Shown: positions 47,160 through 55,848, counted from the first letter of the stretch. The stretch is 64,000 nt of DNA from Nitrososphaeria archaeon (GCA_026413865.1 JAOAKB010000005.1:803-64802); one strand, 5' to 3'. Notes: generated from the letters alone by a model not told the origin. Numbers and translations: made by a program.

Positions 47160-48161
47160 CTATTTCACTTCTATTCCTCCTATTAGTGTAGTGAATCCTT
47201 CCCTAAAGTTTAGGTGGTGTTCTACTTCAACAACCTCAAACTCTATAGGCTCTTGAGTTTCTGGAATGTTTTCGACCTTTACTGTGTCACTAACTTTAAT
47301 CTTAGGTTCTCCCAGTGTCCTCAAAAATGTCATGAAATCTATCTTTCTTCTAGAATATATGTTTTCTGCTACTGTTGTAACTGTATCCGTGTCCTTTATT
47401 GTATAGTCCTTTAAAATTAGTTCATGAGCTCCTTTTCCTGTAGATGTTCCGGAATAATCTTTTTTTGAAAGCCAATGAAATGTTTCTCTTCCAGCCCAGC
47501 TTGATGGGCTTTCTCCATAAACTGTTATGCCACCAATCGGATTAAACAATTTAATCAAACTTACTTCTATAATGTTTTCTCCATATTTAAGTGTATAAGG
47601 TTCTTTTCTCTCATATGCTTTAAAGTTTAGTAGTCCTTCTGATGTTGTATAGCATATGTAATTGCATTTTTCCGCTAGCCTTGCTATGTGCTCGTATGCA
47701 TTCATGTTTTCTCCTATAACATAGTATGGGAACATTATCCCATCCATTATTTTCTCATGTTTTAGGGTCTCCTCTCCTTTTTCAGTCAGCCTCTTATTTA
47801 ATGTGTCCAATATATCTGAAACAATGTTTCCCGCTGTCTGGTTAAGGTAAACCCTATTCAATCTCAATATTGTTAGGTGTAGTGCATGGTTTAGTGCGTA
47901 TACTCTTGTCTGTCTAAAACTTTTTTCTATTAGGTCAACTATTCCAGAAAATACTGTCTGTAGGCTGTCCTCGTATCCTATCTTAACAAGAACTTTTTCC
48001 CCCCTCTGCACCTTCTCTGTCTCCTCATCTCTTGTTAGTGTTAATTCTAGTGTGTCAACTTTTGGACATAGTCCACACTTTACTCTTATGCCAAAAACTT
48101 TTGTTGAAGATGGTGTAAACGTTTTCGAACCAAATGTTATCTCATAGTTTGGGTAATACAA
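47160..48161 (-). CDS. Baseplate hub, late-control-gene-D / gp27-like
   Basis: 333 aa. N-terminal pattern (i.i.g..f......sl.V......vDtLeLtL...GekVlVkiGY...lqtVFsGiVd) typical of gpD/Mu gp44. Position directly upstream of the spike. Confidence 0.65.
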   Translation of the reverse strand: MYYPNYEITFGSKTFTPSSTKVFGIRVKCGLCPKVDTLELTLTRDEETEKVQRGEKVLVKIGYEDSLQTVFSGIVDLIEKSFRQTRVYALNHALHLTILRLNRVYLNQTAGNIVSDILDTLNKRLTEKGEETLKHEKIMDGIMFPYYVIGENMNAYEHIARLAEKCNYICYTTSEGLLNFKAYERKEPYTLKYGENIIEVSLIKLFNPIGGITVYGESPSSWAGRETFHWLSKKDYSGTSTGKGAHELILKDYTIKDTDTVTTVAENIYSRRKIDFMTFLRTLGEPKIKVSDTVKVENIPETQEPIEFEVVEVEHHLNFREGFTTLIGGIEVK

Positions 48162-48163
48162 TA

Positions 48164-48661
48164 TTATTTCACCTGCCTTAAAATGTCATAGACTTCTTTA
48201 ATTATAGACTCTGTCTCCTCTTTTGCAGCTTCTTCTTGGCTTGGTGCCGGCTTCTCCTCCTGTTTTGTGCTCTTATGCTCTTTTAGGACTAGAATATAAC
48301 AGTAGCTTGTGGGAGAGTAGCTTACTATTGTTGCCCTAAAACTTTCTATCACAACCTCTGAAATTTCTGTTATAGATGGTATGTCTGAAACAAACTGTAC
48401 TGGTTTGCCGAGCTTAAATTTAGAGTTAAGGTCTTGGAATGTGTTCTTTGAATTTGGTCCAGTTAAGAGTCCTTCAACTATAATCGTTATAGGATATCTT
48501 CCGAAGTCTTGGAATACGCTTCCATCATGTCCTGGTATCTTTATTTCATAAACTTGTCTTCTGTTCGATAGGGTAACATTTATTATGCTTCTTGTCTCTA
48601 ATATTGTTCCCTCCTGGTCTACTCTTTTAACGAGTTCGAGGTCATCTAATTTTATATTCAA
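48164..48661 (-). CDS. Hypothetical baseplate/tube-adaptor protein (Mu gp43 / XkdP slot)
   Basis: 165 aa, between the tape-measure candidate and the hub. Assignment is by position only. Confidence 0.35.
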   Translation of the reverse strand: MNIKLDDLELVKRVDQEGTILETRSIINVTLSNRRQVYEIKIPGHDGSVFQDFGRYPITIIVEGLLTGPNSKNTFQDLNSKFKLGKPVQFVSDIPSITEISEVVIESFRATIVSYSPTSYCYILVLKEHKSTKQEEKPAPSQEEAAKEETESIIKEVYDILRQVK

Positions 48662-48673
48662 AATATTTCACCT

Positions 48674-50506
48674 TCAAAATATTGGGCCATAATATCTTCT
48701 AAACTGTTCTCTCAAAATCTGTGTAATCTTTCTTTCAAGCTCCCATAGGTCTAATTCTGCACCCTCTGGCACTGTTATATTGAAAATGTTCTGTATCTCG
48801 TGTTCCATTAGACTTTGGCTTGGGTGCGTGGGCTGTATTGTGTAAGGTTGTCTTATGGTTGGGGATAATGTTTCACGTCTTGCTTCTTCTTCAGCTATTC
48901 TGAATATTCTTGATGTTTCTAGAAACTGTGATACTGTTGTCATCATTGGAGAAGGCTCTGCTGGTCTCACAACTTTTACATCATATAATAGCCTGTCATA
49001 TAATTGTATTAGGTTTTGGAGAATGTTTTTTGATATTGTTGATAGTGGATAGTATGCCTCTAAACCAAAATATTTTATGGCTTCTGTCTCTTGAGCTAAT
49101 GCTGGAAATGTTTCCAGAATGTTCAAGACTTTTGTGTAAACAGCTTTTCTTGTAAAGTCCTCGAACTTTAATATATCATGTGCTGGTGGATACACTGTAC
49201 TTGTTTGCGTGTAGACTTTTCCTATTATACTGTGAGGGCTTAAGCCAGTAGAAGATAATATTATTGTGTATGGTCTCACTATTGCTTTATGAGTGTAGAA
49301 TATACTTAAGGTGTCTAAGCTAGTATATGGCAATGTCTGTGAATATACTGTAGTTGAAAGTCTATGAGTATAGAATGGATATTCTTTGGCTAAAAGGTGT
49401 ATGTAGTGTGTTAGTGGCGTGGATGTAAAAGCTGATTTTATGGTTTCAATACCTCTATCCTTTTCTATGTTGACTAAAGCTGTTGGTTCGAGTAAAGCTT
49501 GCTTTATAGTGTCTGAAAAAGTTTTTGAAAGTATTTCTTGAAGTTTGGGCACCTGTGTAGCTAATATGAAATAGGATAGAATGTATGGTATACTCAATAT
49601 GTTCTTGTACTCATGCAACGGATGTATTATTGTTTCTCTTATTGGTGATGGAATATTTTTTTCTAGTTCACCAAATTCTGTGAACGTTTTCTTGGCCAGT
49701 GATTGGATAAACCTATAGTCTACGCTTTCTAACTTTTCTCCAAATTCTATTAGTGGGCTGGAGATATAATATTTTGTGAACACTTCTTCTGGCATTATAA
49801 ATTGTTTTGGAATAATATATCTTGTCTCAGGCAATTGGCTGCCTAATTGTGTTAGGATGTTAACTAGACTGCTTATGTACTTAAATGGTTCCCCCAACTC
49901 CTGTCTTAATTCAAGTATCTTCTCTTCTCTAGTCTCATCATATACTTTAGCAGTCTCTATTTTAGATGTTATCGTTTCCTCTATGGGTTTTGTTTCACTA
50001 ATTCTCCTTGTTTCTGGAACAATTTTTTCCTCTAACTTTAACTCTTTCTTAATAGCCTTTTCTGGTGCAATATATCCTGTTCCTATAGTATATTGGCCTA
50101 CACTTTTTTCAGCCTGCATGATATACGATGTACTCTCTCCCACGATCTTGTATGCTTCACTCAAGCTTTCTGGCATTATAACATGTCTTATAAAATGCTC
50201 TGGTACTTTAGCCTGTCTACCTGCCACAATATTTCTTAACAGGTTTATTGTATAAGATATTCTTGGCTGAGCATATATTCTCTGTAATGGTTCAAAAAAT
50301 TCTTCTCTAACACCTTCTATGGGAGCTGAAATACTTGTTTGTGGTACAATTTTTCTTGGAACATAATATCTTGAAATATAACTATTAATATTAATAAAAA
50401 CCTTCATTAAATCTTTAAAAAATTTAGTGTATGATAAGATAATTTTTGATAGAGGCTCAAATAGTATATCCATTATCCTATTAAGGACCATATTAAATTG
50501 GCTCAA
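48674..50506 (-). CDS. Tape-measure protein candidate
   Basis: 610 aa, the second-largest gene in the operon after the 707-aa metzincin-signature protein (39623..41746), located after the chaperone genes as in tailed-phage modules. No sequence motif recognised. Confidence 0.45.
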   Translation of the reverse strand: MSQFNMVLNRIMDILFEPLSKIILSYTKFFKDLMKVFININSYISRYYVPRKIVPQTSISAPIEGVREEFFEPLQRIYAQPRISYTINLLRNIVAGRQAKVPEHFIRHVIMPESLSEAYKIVGESTSYIMQAEKSVGQYTIGTGYIAPEKAIKKELKLEEKIVPETRRISETKPIEETITSKIETAKVYDETREEKILELRQELGEPFKYISSLVNILTQLGSQLPETRYIIPKQFIMPEEVFTKYYISSPLIEFGEKLESVDYRFIQSLAKKTFTEFGELEKNIPSPIRETIIHPLHEYKNILSIPYILSYFILATQVPKLQEILSKTFSDTIKQALLEPTALVNIEKDRGIETIKSAFTSTPLTHYIHLLAKEYPFYTHRLSTTVYSQTLPYTSLDTLSIFYTHKAIVRPYTIILSSTGLSPHSIIGKVYTQTSTVYPPAHDILKFEDFTRKAVYTKVLNILETFPALAQETEAIKYFGLEAYYPLSTISKNILQNLIQLYDRLLYDVKVVRPAEPSPMMTTVSQFLETSRIFRIAEEEARRETLSPTIRQPYTIQPTHPSQSLMEHEIQNIFNITVPEGAELDLWELERKITQILREQFRRYYGPIF

Positions 50507-50509
50507 ACA

Positions 50510-50692
50510 CTATTCACCTTCCTCCTCAACCTTTATTCTCGTTATACCTTGTGCCGCAAGCCTCGACTGAGCCAATTGCTCAGCACGATATGCTAGGGCT
50601 GAAATCAAAAAAAGGATTTGGTCCCGAGTTAGGTCTCGGGGGCTATCCGCAAGCTTATAGCCACAGTCTAGGCAGAGTGTCGCCAACTCCAT
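50510..50692 (-). CDS. Small ORF, candidate frameshift extension of the tail assembly chaperone (gpT-like)
   Basis: 60-aa ORF. Its reading frame stays open upstream to 50755 and spans the A9 tract at the end of the preceding gene. Confidence 0.4.
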   Translation of the reverse strand: MELATLCLDCGYKLADSPRDLTRDQILFLISALAYRAEQLAQSRLAAQGITRIKVEEEGE

Positions 50693-50717
50693 TCCATCAG
50701 GGCTTCTGACAAAGTTT

Positions 50718-51089
50718 TCAATGTCTAACTTTTTTTTTAGCCTCCTCCTCGCTTCTCACGACACCGCTTAATTCGAAAACCTTCATCCCAATATATTCTG
50801 GTACACCAAACTTCATTGTCTCCAGGTCTTGTAGTGTGAGTTTTGGTTCCACTAGCCCTTCTAAGGCTGCTTTTCTTAATATTTCAAAATTTTTTGAAAT
50901 GTCTATTTTACTAAAGTCTGGTGTCCCATCCTCCTTTACTGGAACACTTCCTATTGAAGAAAATATTTTTGAAAGTTCTCCATCTGTTAGAGGCCTTATT
51001 GTGACTTCAGCATCATATTCTCTAATATACAATGTTTCCCTTCTGTTTGCTCCTTCTAAGATAATGTCTTTAGTAAGTTTTCTTGTCAT
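50718..51089 (-). CDS. Tail assembly chaperone-like protein (gpG / XkdN slot)
   Basis: 123 aa, acidic, between tube and tape measure. IRPLTDGELSKI resembles TAC families. Confidence 0.5.
   Translation of the reverse strand: MTRKLTKDIILEGANRRETLYIREYDAEVTIRPLTDGELSKIFSSIGSVPVKEDGTPDFSKIDISKNFEILRKAALEGLVEPKLTLQDLETMKFGVPEYIGMKVFELSGVVRSEEEAKKKVRH
50730..50738 (-). other. A9 homopolymer: candidate recoding (+1/-2 frameshift or transcriptional slippage) site
   Basis: The minus strand reads GCT AAA AAA AAA GTT AGA CAT TGA. The +1 frame reads CTA AAA AAA AAG TTA GAC ATT GAA... and continues into the 50510..50692 ORF. Confidence 0.4.
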
Positions 51090-51090
51090 C

Positions 51091-51492
51091 TTATTGCTCC
51101 CTTACTCTTGTTGCTGTAAAAGTGTATAGGCTTATTCCTACACCGTTTGCGTCTAGAGTAAATGTTTTGTCTTCAAGGTAGCAGTCGTCGAATGAAATAG
51201 TCTTTATAGCTGTTCCTCTCATCTTCAACTCTACTACAAGCTGGAACGATTTGACCTCTGGAAGTGGTGAAAGTAGTATGCTGTCAAACTTTTGATATGT
51301 TGAACGTACTCTTATTACACCATGAACATATAATGGGCCATAGTCTACTCCTATTCTCTCATCTCCACCAATATTGTATACGTTCTGCCTATTCCTAATA
51401 ATCTTCCATTCTATAGACTGTAGTCCTGGAATAACTTCTCCGTCAACCTTAACACTACTTACATTTGCGGAAACAACAGTTGGTTCTGGCAT
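51091..51492 (-). CDS. Tail tube protein
   Basis: 133 aa, 8 nt downstream of the sheath gene. Beta-rich. Size and position match XkdM/Mu gpM-type tubes. Confidence 0.6.
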   Translation of the reverse strand: MPEPTVVSANVSSVKVDGEVIPGLQSIEWKIIRNRQNVYNIGGDERIGVDYGPLYVHGVIRVRSTYQKFDSILLSPLPEVKSFQLVVELKMRGTAIKTISFDDCYLEDKTFTLDANGVGISLYTFTATRVREQ

Positions 51493-51500
51493 CTACTCAT

Positions 51501-52850
51501 CTACACCTCCACGGTTATGGTTGCGTAAACGTAGTCTATTGCTCTCACAGGCCTCACTGCGATGTCCACTCTCACGATACCCTGTGCGAAGTCCATTTCT
51601 GAAGAATATACGTCGACCATAAAAGGTGGCTTTTTACCGTCAACGCTTGGAACAATCGCTCCCTCTCTCTCCATTGAAAGGAAGAATTCTGTTATCTTTT
51701 CTCTTAAAGCAAGTCTTCCACCTGGACTGTTCAATGTACCAATAAAGTTTTCAGCAACATTTTTTACACCACGTACAGCACGGTCAGCTATTCTTGTCAC
51801 ACTAATCTGTTCCTTGCTTGTTGAAATACCCTTTTCAACAATAATACCTCTTCCTCTTCTCATTTCTACAGCAAGTATACCATTTTTTACAAGCTCCGTT
51901 AACTCGCTTGGAGAATACCTTCTTTCAAGAGTATCTATACCTCTTAGAGGTTTAAATGTTGGTGATTCATAATATGGTAAATTACTTATTAGACCTGCTA
52001 CTGCACCAGCAACACCATATGGTGCCACAAGAACAAACCTGTCGCTTGCAAGGGCTTCTGTCCTCTTAACAATATCCTTAACACTTTCACCAGGAGCGAC
52101 TGCTCCAATACCAATCCTGTTCATTGCATCCTTACTCATATTATGACAATGTGCGTCAACAAGTGCGTGAACTGCTGGATCACTTATATCTGCTACCAAA
52201 ACAATGTCAATATCTGGTTCAAGCTCCAGAGCCTGCAATGCCTTTTCAACAGAACTCTTTGAAATTGTTTCAGGCGTCCCTCCAGTCAACTTAACTTCAA
52301 CTGGAGCTGGAATCGCCACAGTCTTCTTCTTACTCAAATCTTCTACAGAAACAAGTTTAGAATTTGCACTTACAAAGCTTGGTGCATACCTTTCGCTGGC
52401 AGAGTCCATTGTAAGTTCATCAAATGTTTCTGAAATCTTTCCATCACTTACCTCCATCCTGAAGACTCCTTCCTTAGAACCTTTCATCACTATAACCTCA
52501 ATATTGTTTCCAGCTGGTCCAGGAGATTTTGCCTTAACCTTCATAACAGCATTTCCGTTAACATCCTGGAATACTGCTTCTGCAGCTTTTCCAGGTTCTC
52601 CCTCAACTCTTACAGCAAAAACTTCTGAAACACCATTTAAGAAAGCTAGCCTTGCATCCCTTGTTAAAGTATATTCTGTGTTTGAGCCAAACTTATCCAT
52701 GTACTCTCTATAGCTTGTTACAGGCACTGCCTCAAAAGAAATTCCCTTTTCTGCGGTTCCTATAAGCCCAACCACACCTGCAGGGTGTAGTTGTTGCGGA
52801 ACTATTTCTTTTACTACGCGTATTTCTACGCCCGGAAGAATACGGGGCAA
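51501..52850 (-). CDS. Contractile tail sheath protein
   Basis: 449 aa. N-terminal PGVEIRVV and the C-terminal region (NGILAVE...GRGIIVEKGISTS...RIADRAVRGVKNVAENFIG...N...LR.KITEFL) are typical of the phage sheath family. TTG start. Confidence 0.8.
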   Translation of the reverse strand: MPRILPGVEIRVVKEIVPQQLHPAGVVGLIGTAEKGISFEAVPVTSYREYMDKFGSNTEYTLTRDARLAFLNGVSEVFAVRVEGEPGKAAEAVFQDVNGNAVMKVKAKSPGPAGNNIEVIVMKGSKEGVFRMEVSDGKISETFDELTMDSASERYAPSFVSANSKLVSVEDLSKKKTVAIPAPVEVKLTGGTPETISKSSVEKALQALELEPDIDIVLVADISDPAVHALVDAHCHNMSKDAMNRIGIGAVAPGESVKDIVKRTEALASDRFVLVAPYGVAGAVAGLISNLPYYESPTFKPLRGIDTLERRYSPSELTELVKNGILAVEMRRGRGIIVEKGISTSKEQISVTRIADRAVRGVKNVAENFIGTLNSPGGRLALREKITEFFLSMEREGAIVPSVDGKKPPFMVDVYSSEMDFAQGIVRVDIAVRPVRAIDYVYATITVEV

Positions 52851-52880
52851 CCTAATTCATCCGATACTTAAACCCATATG

Positions 52881-52896
52881 TATTATATAAGCTTTT
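52881..52896 (-). promoter_or_regulatory. TATA-box candidate for the sheath operon
   Basis: The minus strand reads AAAAGCTTATATAATA, 31-46 nt upstream of the TTG start at 52850, in a 172-nt AT-rich divergent intergenic region. Confidence 0.3.
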
Positions 52897-53022
52897 AAAA
52901 AATTTTGGTAAAAATTTTTTTAATAAAAGGTTCTTTAAAAGCTATCATTGTAAATTTTTTAAAGAAAATGGGATAAAAATTTATTTTATAAATATGTTTA
53001 GGGTATACTAGTAGAGGCAGTT

Positions 53023-53907
53023 ATGAAATTGTCTGTTGATGTAGTTGTCGTCGGCCACTTTTCCATTGACGAAAACATTGGTCCCAAGACAAGAATATCA
53101 AATATTTTGGGTGGTGCACCAGTATATTCTGGATCAACCTTCTCAAAGTTAGGTTTGAAGGCTGGAATATGTTCCTGCGTAGGCAAAGACCACTATAATC
53201 GTGCGATAATGTTCTGTGAAAGTATGGGTATCGACTATAAGGGCTTACATGTATGCGGGATAAGGACACTTTACTTTCAAAATATCTATGATGGAGAAGG
53301 GAATAGGGTTCAAAAGTGCTATAATATTTTAAGAAAACTTTCTACCAAAGATATTCCAAATAATTATCTAGATTGTAGTGCCTACTATGTATCACCTTTA
53401 ATGAATGAGATCTCATCAAATTTTTTGGAAATTATAAGGTTTAGGGAAAATATTATAATGCTTGACCCTCAAGGTCTTATGAGAAAGACTGATAAAGATG
53501 GGAACGTAAGTGTCACTTTTGAAGAAGAAAGGTTATTAAAGTTTTTCGAGAAAGTGGATATTGTAAAGATAGGAAAGGATGAATTGAAGGCAATAAAATT
53601 AAATGAAAAAGAAATCTTAAAACTGATAAGAGCTTCTGGAGCAAAAATAGGTATAGTCACAAGAGGAAAGGATCCAGTAATAGTATTATCTGAAAAGGGT
53701 TTATTTGAAGTAAACACTATCGATGTTAATGTTGAAGACCCTACAGGGGCTGGAGATGTTTTCGGTGCAGCATTCCTTACAGAATACTTAAGAAGCAAGG
53801 ATGTAAAAAGGGCTGTAAAATTCGCTAACATTGCGGCAGGCCTAAAGATAAGGTATAGAGGTCCAGAAGGTTTTCCAACACAAAAAAATATAGAACAACT
53901 TCTCTAG
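53023..53907 (+). CDS. PfkB-family carbohydrate/nucleoside kinase
   Basis: DPTGAGDVFGAAF signature and an N-terminal GG dipeptide (ILGGAPV). Confidence 0.8.
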   Translation: MKLSVDVVVVGHFSIDENIGPKTRISNILGGAPVYSGSTFSKLGLKAGICSCVGKDHYNRAIMFCESMGIDYKGLHVCGIRTLYFQNIYDGEGNRVQKCYNILRKLSTKDIPNNYLDCSAYYVSPLMNEISSNFLEIIRFRENIIMLDPQGLMRKTDKDGNVSVTFEEERLLKFFEKVDIVKIGKDELKAIKLNEKEILKLIRASGAKIGIVTRGKDPVIVLSEKGLFEVNTIDVNVEDPTGAGDVFGAAFLTEYLRSKDVKRAVKFANIAAGLKIRYRGPEGFPTQKNIEQLL

Positions 53908-54008
53908 CCCAGTAAAATAGTTTTGAAATTCTGCTTAAGCGTTAAAGAAAAAGGCCATAAAACTTTTACTAGCATAGAAAATGGAAACTGCTATAAATAT
54001 ACAAAATT

Positions 54009-54017
54009 TTTATAAAA
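54009..54017 (+). promoter_or_regulatory. TATA-box candidate for tRNA-Leu
   Basis: TTTATAAAA centred ~31 nt upstream of the tRNA 5' end. Confidence 0.4.
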
Positions 54018-54043
54018 AAGTATAAGCCACCCTAGATAAGAGT

Positions 54044-54153
54044 GCAGGGGTTCCCAAGCCAGGCCAAAGCTCGTCAGCGCAGCGGTCAAAGGGGGCGGAC
54101 TTAAGATCCGCTGACGAAGGTCTTCGTGGGTTCAAATCCCACCCCCTGCACCA
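54044..54153 (+). tRNA. tRNA-Leu (anticodon UAA) with ~22-nt insertion (putative non-canonical intron) in the D-loop; CCA encoded
   Basis: Acceptor GCAGGGG/CCCCTGC + A + CCA. Anticodon arm GCGGA-CTTAAGA-TCCGC (TAA at 54102-54104). Long variable arm. T arm GTGGG-TTCAAAT-CCCAC. 110 nt against ~88 expected. Removing ~54064-54085 restores a canonical D-loop, AGCCAGGTCAAA. Confidence 0.75.
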
Positions 54154-54188
54154 TACAATTAAATAGTAATTAACCCATATTACAATCC

Positions 54189-54710
54189 TTGTTTGGAGGA
54201 AAGTATTGTTTGAAATATAGTAGGAAGTCTTGGCAGGAGAAACTTATAGACAGGAAAGGTTTTCCAAAGATATTGAAATTAGAAAAGAATTTTCCCTGTT
54301 ATAATGCTGTACATAAAATGGGTGCACAGGTTGGAGATAATATAGTTCTTGTTAACCCAAGTGAAGTCATCAATATAATGAAGATGGTTCCTAGGGGGCG
54401 ACTTGTAACTATAACGGAAATCTGTCAAGCACTTGCCAAAAGATATAAGTTAAAGGCTTGCTGTTCTCTAACAACAGGAATCTTTATTATGATGGCAGCA
54501 AATGCTGTTGAAGAAGCAAAGAAAGATGGTAAAGACCTTGATATTCCATACTGGCGTACTTTAAAAGCAAATGGCTTCTTAAATGAAAAATATCCTGGAG
54601 GCTTAGAAGCACATAAGAATAAGTTGGAAAATGAAGGATTTACAATAATCGGATGTGGGAGAAGACTTTTTGTGAAAGATTATAAGAATTTTTTGATGGA
54701 CATAAAGTAA
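54189..54710 (+). CDS. MGMT-family DNA-binding-domain protein lacking the catalytic PCHR motif (alkyltransferase-like)
   Basis: VPRGRLVTITEICQALAKRY (HTH of the MGMT DNA-binding domain), and IPYWRTL where active enzymes have IPCHRV. Confidence 0.5.
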   Translation: MFGGKYCLKYSRKSWQEKLIDRKGFPKILKLEKNFPCYNAVHKMGAQVGDNIVLVNPSEVINIMKMVPRGRLVTITEICQALAKRYKLKACCSLTTGIFIMMAANAVEEAKKDGKDLDIPYWRTLKANGFLNEKYPGGLEAHKNKLENEGFTIIGCGRRLFVKDYKNFLMDIK

Positions 54711-54859
54711 ATTAGAATAATAGGAGGTCTGTGGTTCAAGTAACGATAGTATCATTAGGCAAAAGATGAAACTATGTAACAATTTTGTCAGTATGATAGA
54801 CATAATATTTTTATAGCCTTAAATTTAATATTAAACTAATATTTTGGAGCTATGAGAAA

Positions 54860-55681
54860 TTGAAAAATATTCGCTTTGAAAAAGGTAATCTAACACTATT
54901 TTTTATGATAACATTTGCTTTTTCATGGACGTTTTGGGTTCCTCAAGCTCTCATCTCAACTAATATGCTTTCTGTTCCGTCGGTTTTCAAGGACTTTCTT
55001 TTTAGTCCCTTTAATCCTGCAGCATTCGGTCCACTTGTTTCAGCCCTTTCTCTAACATACTTGAATGGGGGGAAAGCTGGAGTGAAGCTTTTGCTCAGAA
55101 GAGGCATAAATTATAGGTTTAAGACTATATGGTACATTCCAATATTCTTGTTCTTTCCCATAATAACTGGAAGTGCTTTGCTGCTTGCAATTTTAAGTGG
55201 GAATCCTATACCGAACATTTATGTACTATCAAATCCTCTTATGATACTGTTCGGTTTTGTTTACATTTTCTTTCTAGGAGGCCCCTTTCAAGAAGAATGG
55301 GGTTGGAGGGGTTATGCATTGGACAGGCTTCAGGCAAGGTGGAACGCCCTCTTTTCAAGCATGCTTCTTGGAATTGTTTGGGGCTGCTGGCATTTACCAC
55401 TTTTCTTTATTACTGGAACAATTCAATCTCAGACACCTATATGGGGCTTTATGATTCTAATATTTTGTGGAACAATATTTTTTACATGGATTTATAACAA
55501 TACTGGTGGAAGCATTTTAGCTGTAATGCTTTTTCATACAATGAATAACCTTTCTTTCTACATTTTTCCCACTCTAGAAACAGAATTGGGTGGCCTATAT
55601 TTGCTGGTTCTTAATATCATTTCTGTTATAATAGTTGTTGGTGTTTTTGGATATAAGTCTCTAATTTATAAAAAAGGATAA
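54860..55681 (+). CDS. CPBP-family (CAAX-type) intramembrane metalloprotease
   Basis: Polytopic membrane protein with EEWGWRGY (E-E-x3-R), WHLPLF (His-containing motif 2 region) and FHTMNN (H-x3-N) motifs. Confidence 0.75.
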   Translation: MKNIRFEKGNLTLFFMITFAFSWTFWVPQALISTNMLSVPSVFKDFLFSPFNPAAFGPLVSALSLTYLNGGKAGVKLLLRRGINYRFKTIWYIPIFLFFPIITGSALLLAILSGNPIPNIYVLSNPLMILFGFVYIFFLGGPFQEEWGWRGYALDRLQARWNALFSSMLLGIVWGCWHLPLFFITGTIQSQTPIWGFMILIFCGTIFFTWIYNNTGGSILAVMLFHTMNNLSFYIFPTLETELGGLYLLVLNIISVIIVVGVFGYKSLIYKKG

Positions 55682-55848
55682 ATTGTCAAGCCCTCATTGG
55701 CTTCCAATTAAGTCCTAAAATTTTTCTGCCATTTTTTGATATTATTGTTTAAAATATTTTTTTTAAAGCATATAAAATATTTTTATGCCAGTTTCTATCA
55801 TTTTTCGATAGGTTTATATTTATTATTGTAATATTTTTGTTGGGTTAA

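Noticed and set aside
44796-52713. Plus-strand ORFs inside the tail operon (44796..45293, 46446..46817, 49776..50255, 51562..51972, 52204..52713 and smaller)
   Set aside because: Each lies antisense within a better-supported minus-strand gene and encodes Ser/Thr/Phe-rich low-complexity products, so they are shadow ORFs.
36516-53022. Interpreting the island as an integrated provirus
   Set aside because: I recognised no integrase, capsid, portal, terminase, replication or lysis genes here or elsewhere in the window. I found no direct repeat of a tRNA 3' end at the borders. A tail-only module fits better, though a degraded provirus remnant cannot be excluded without homology searches.
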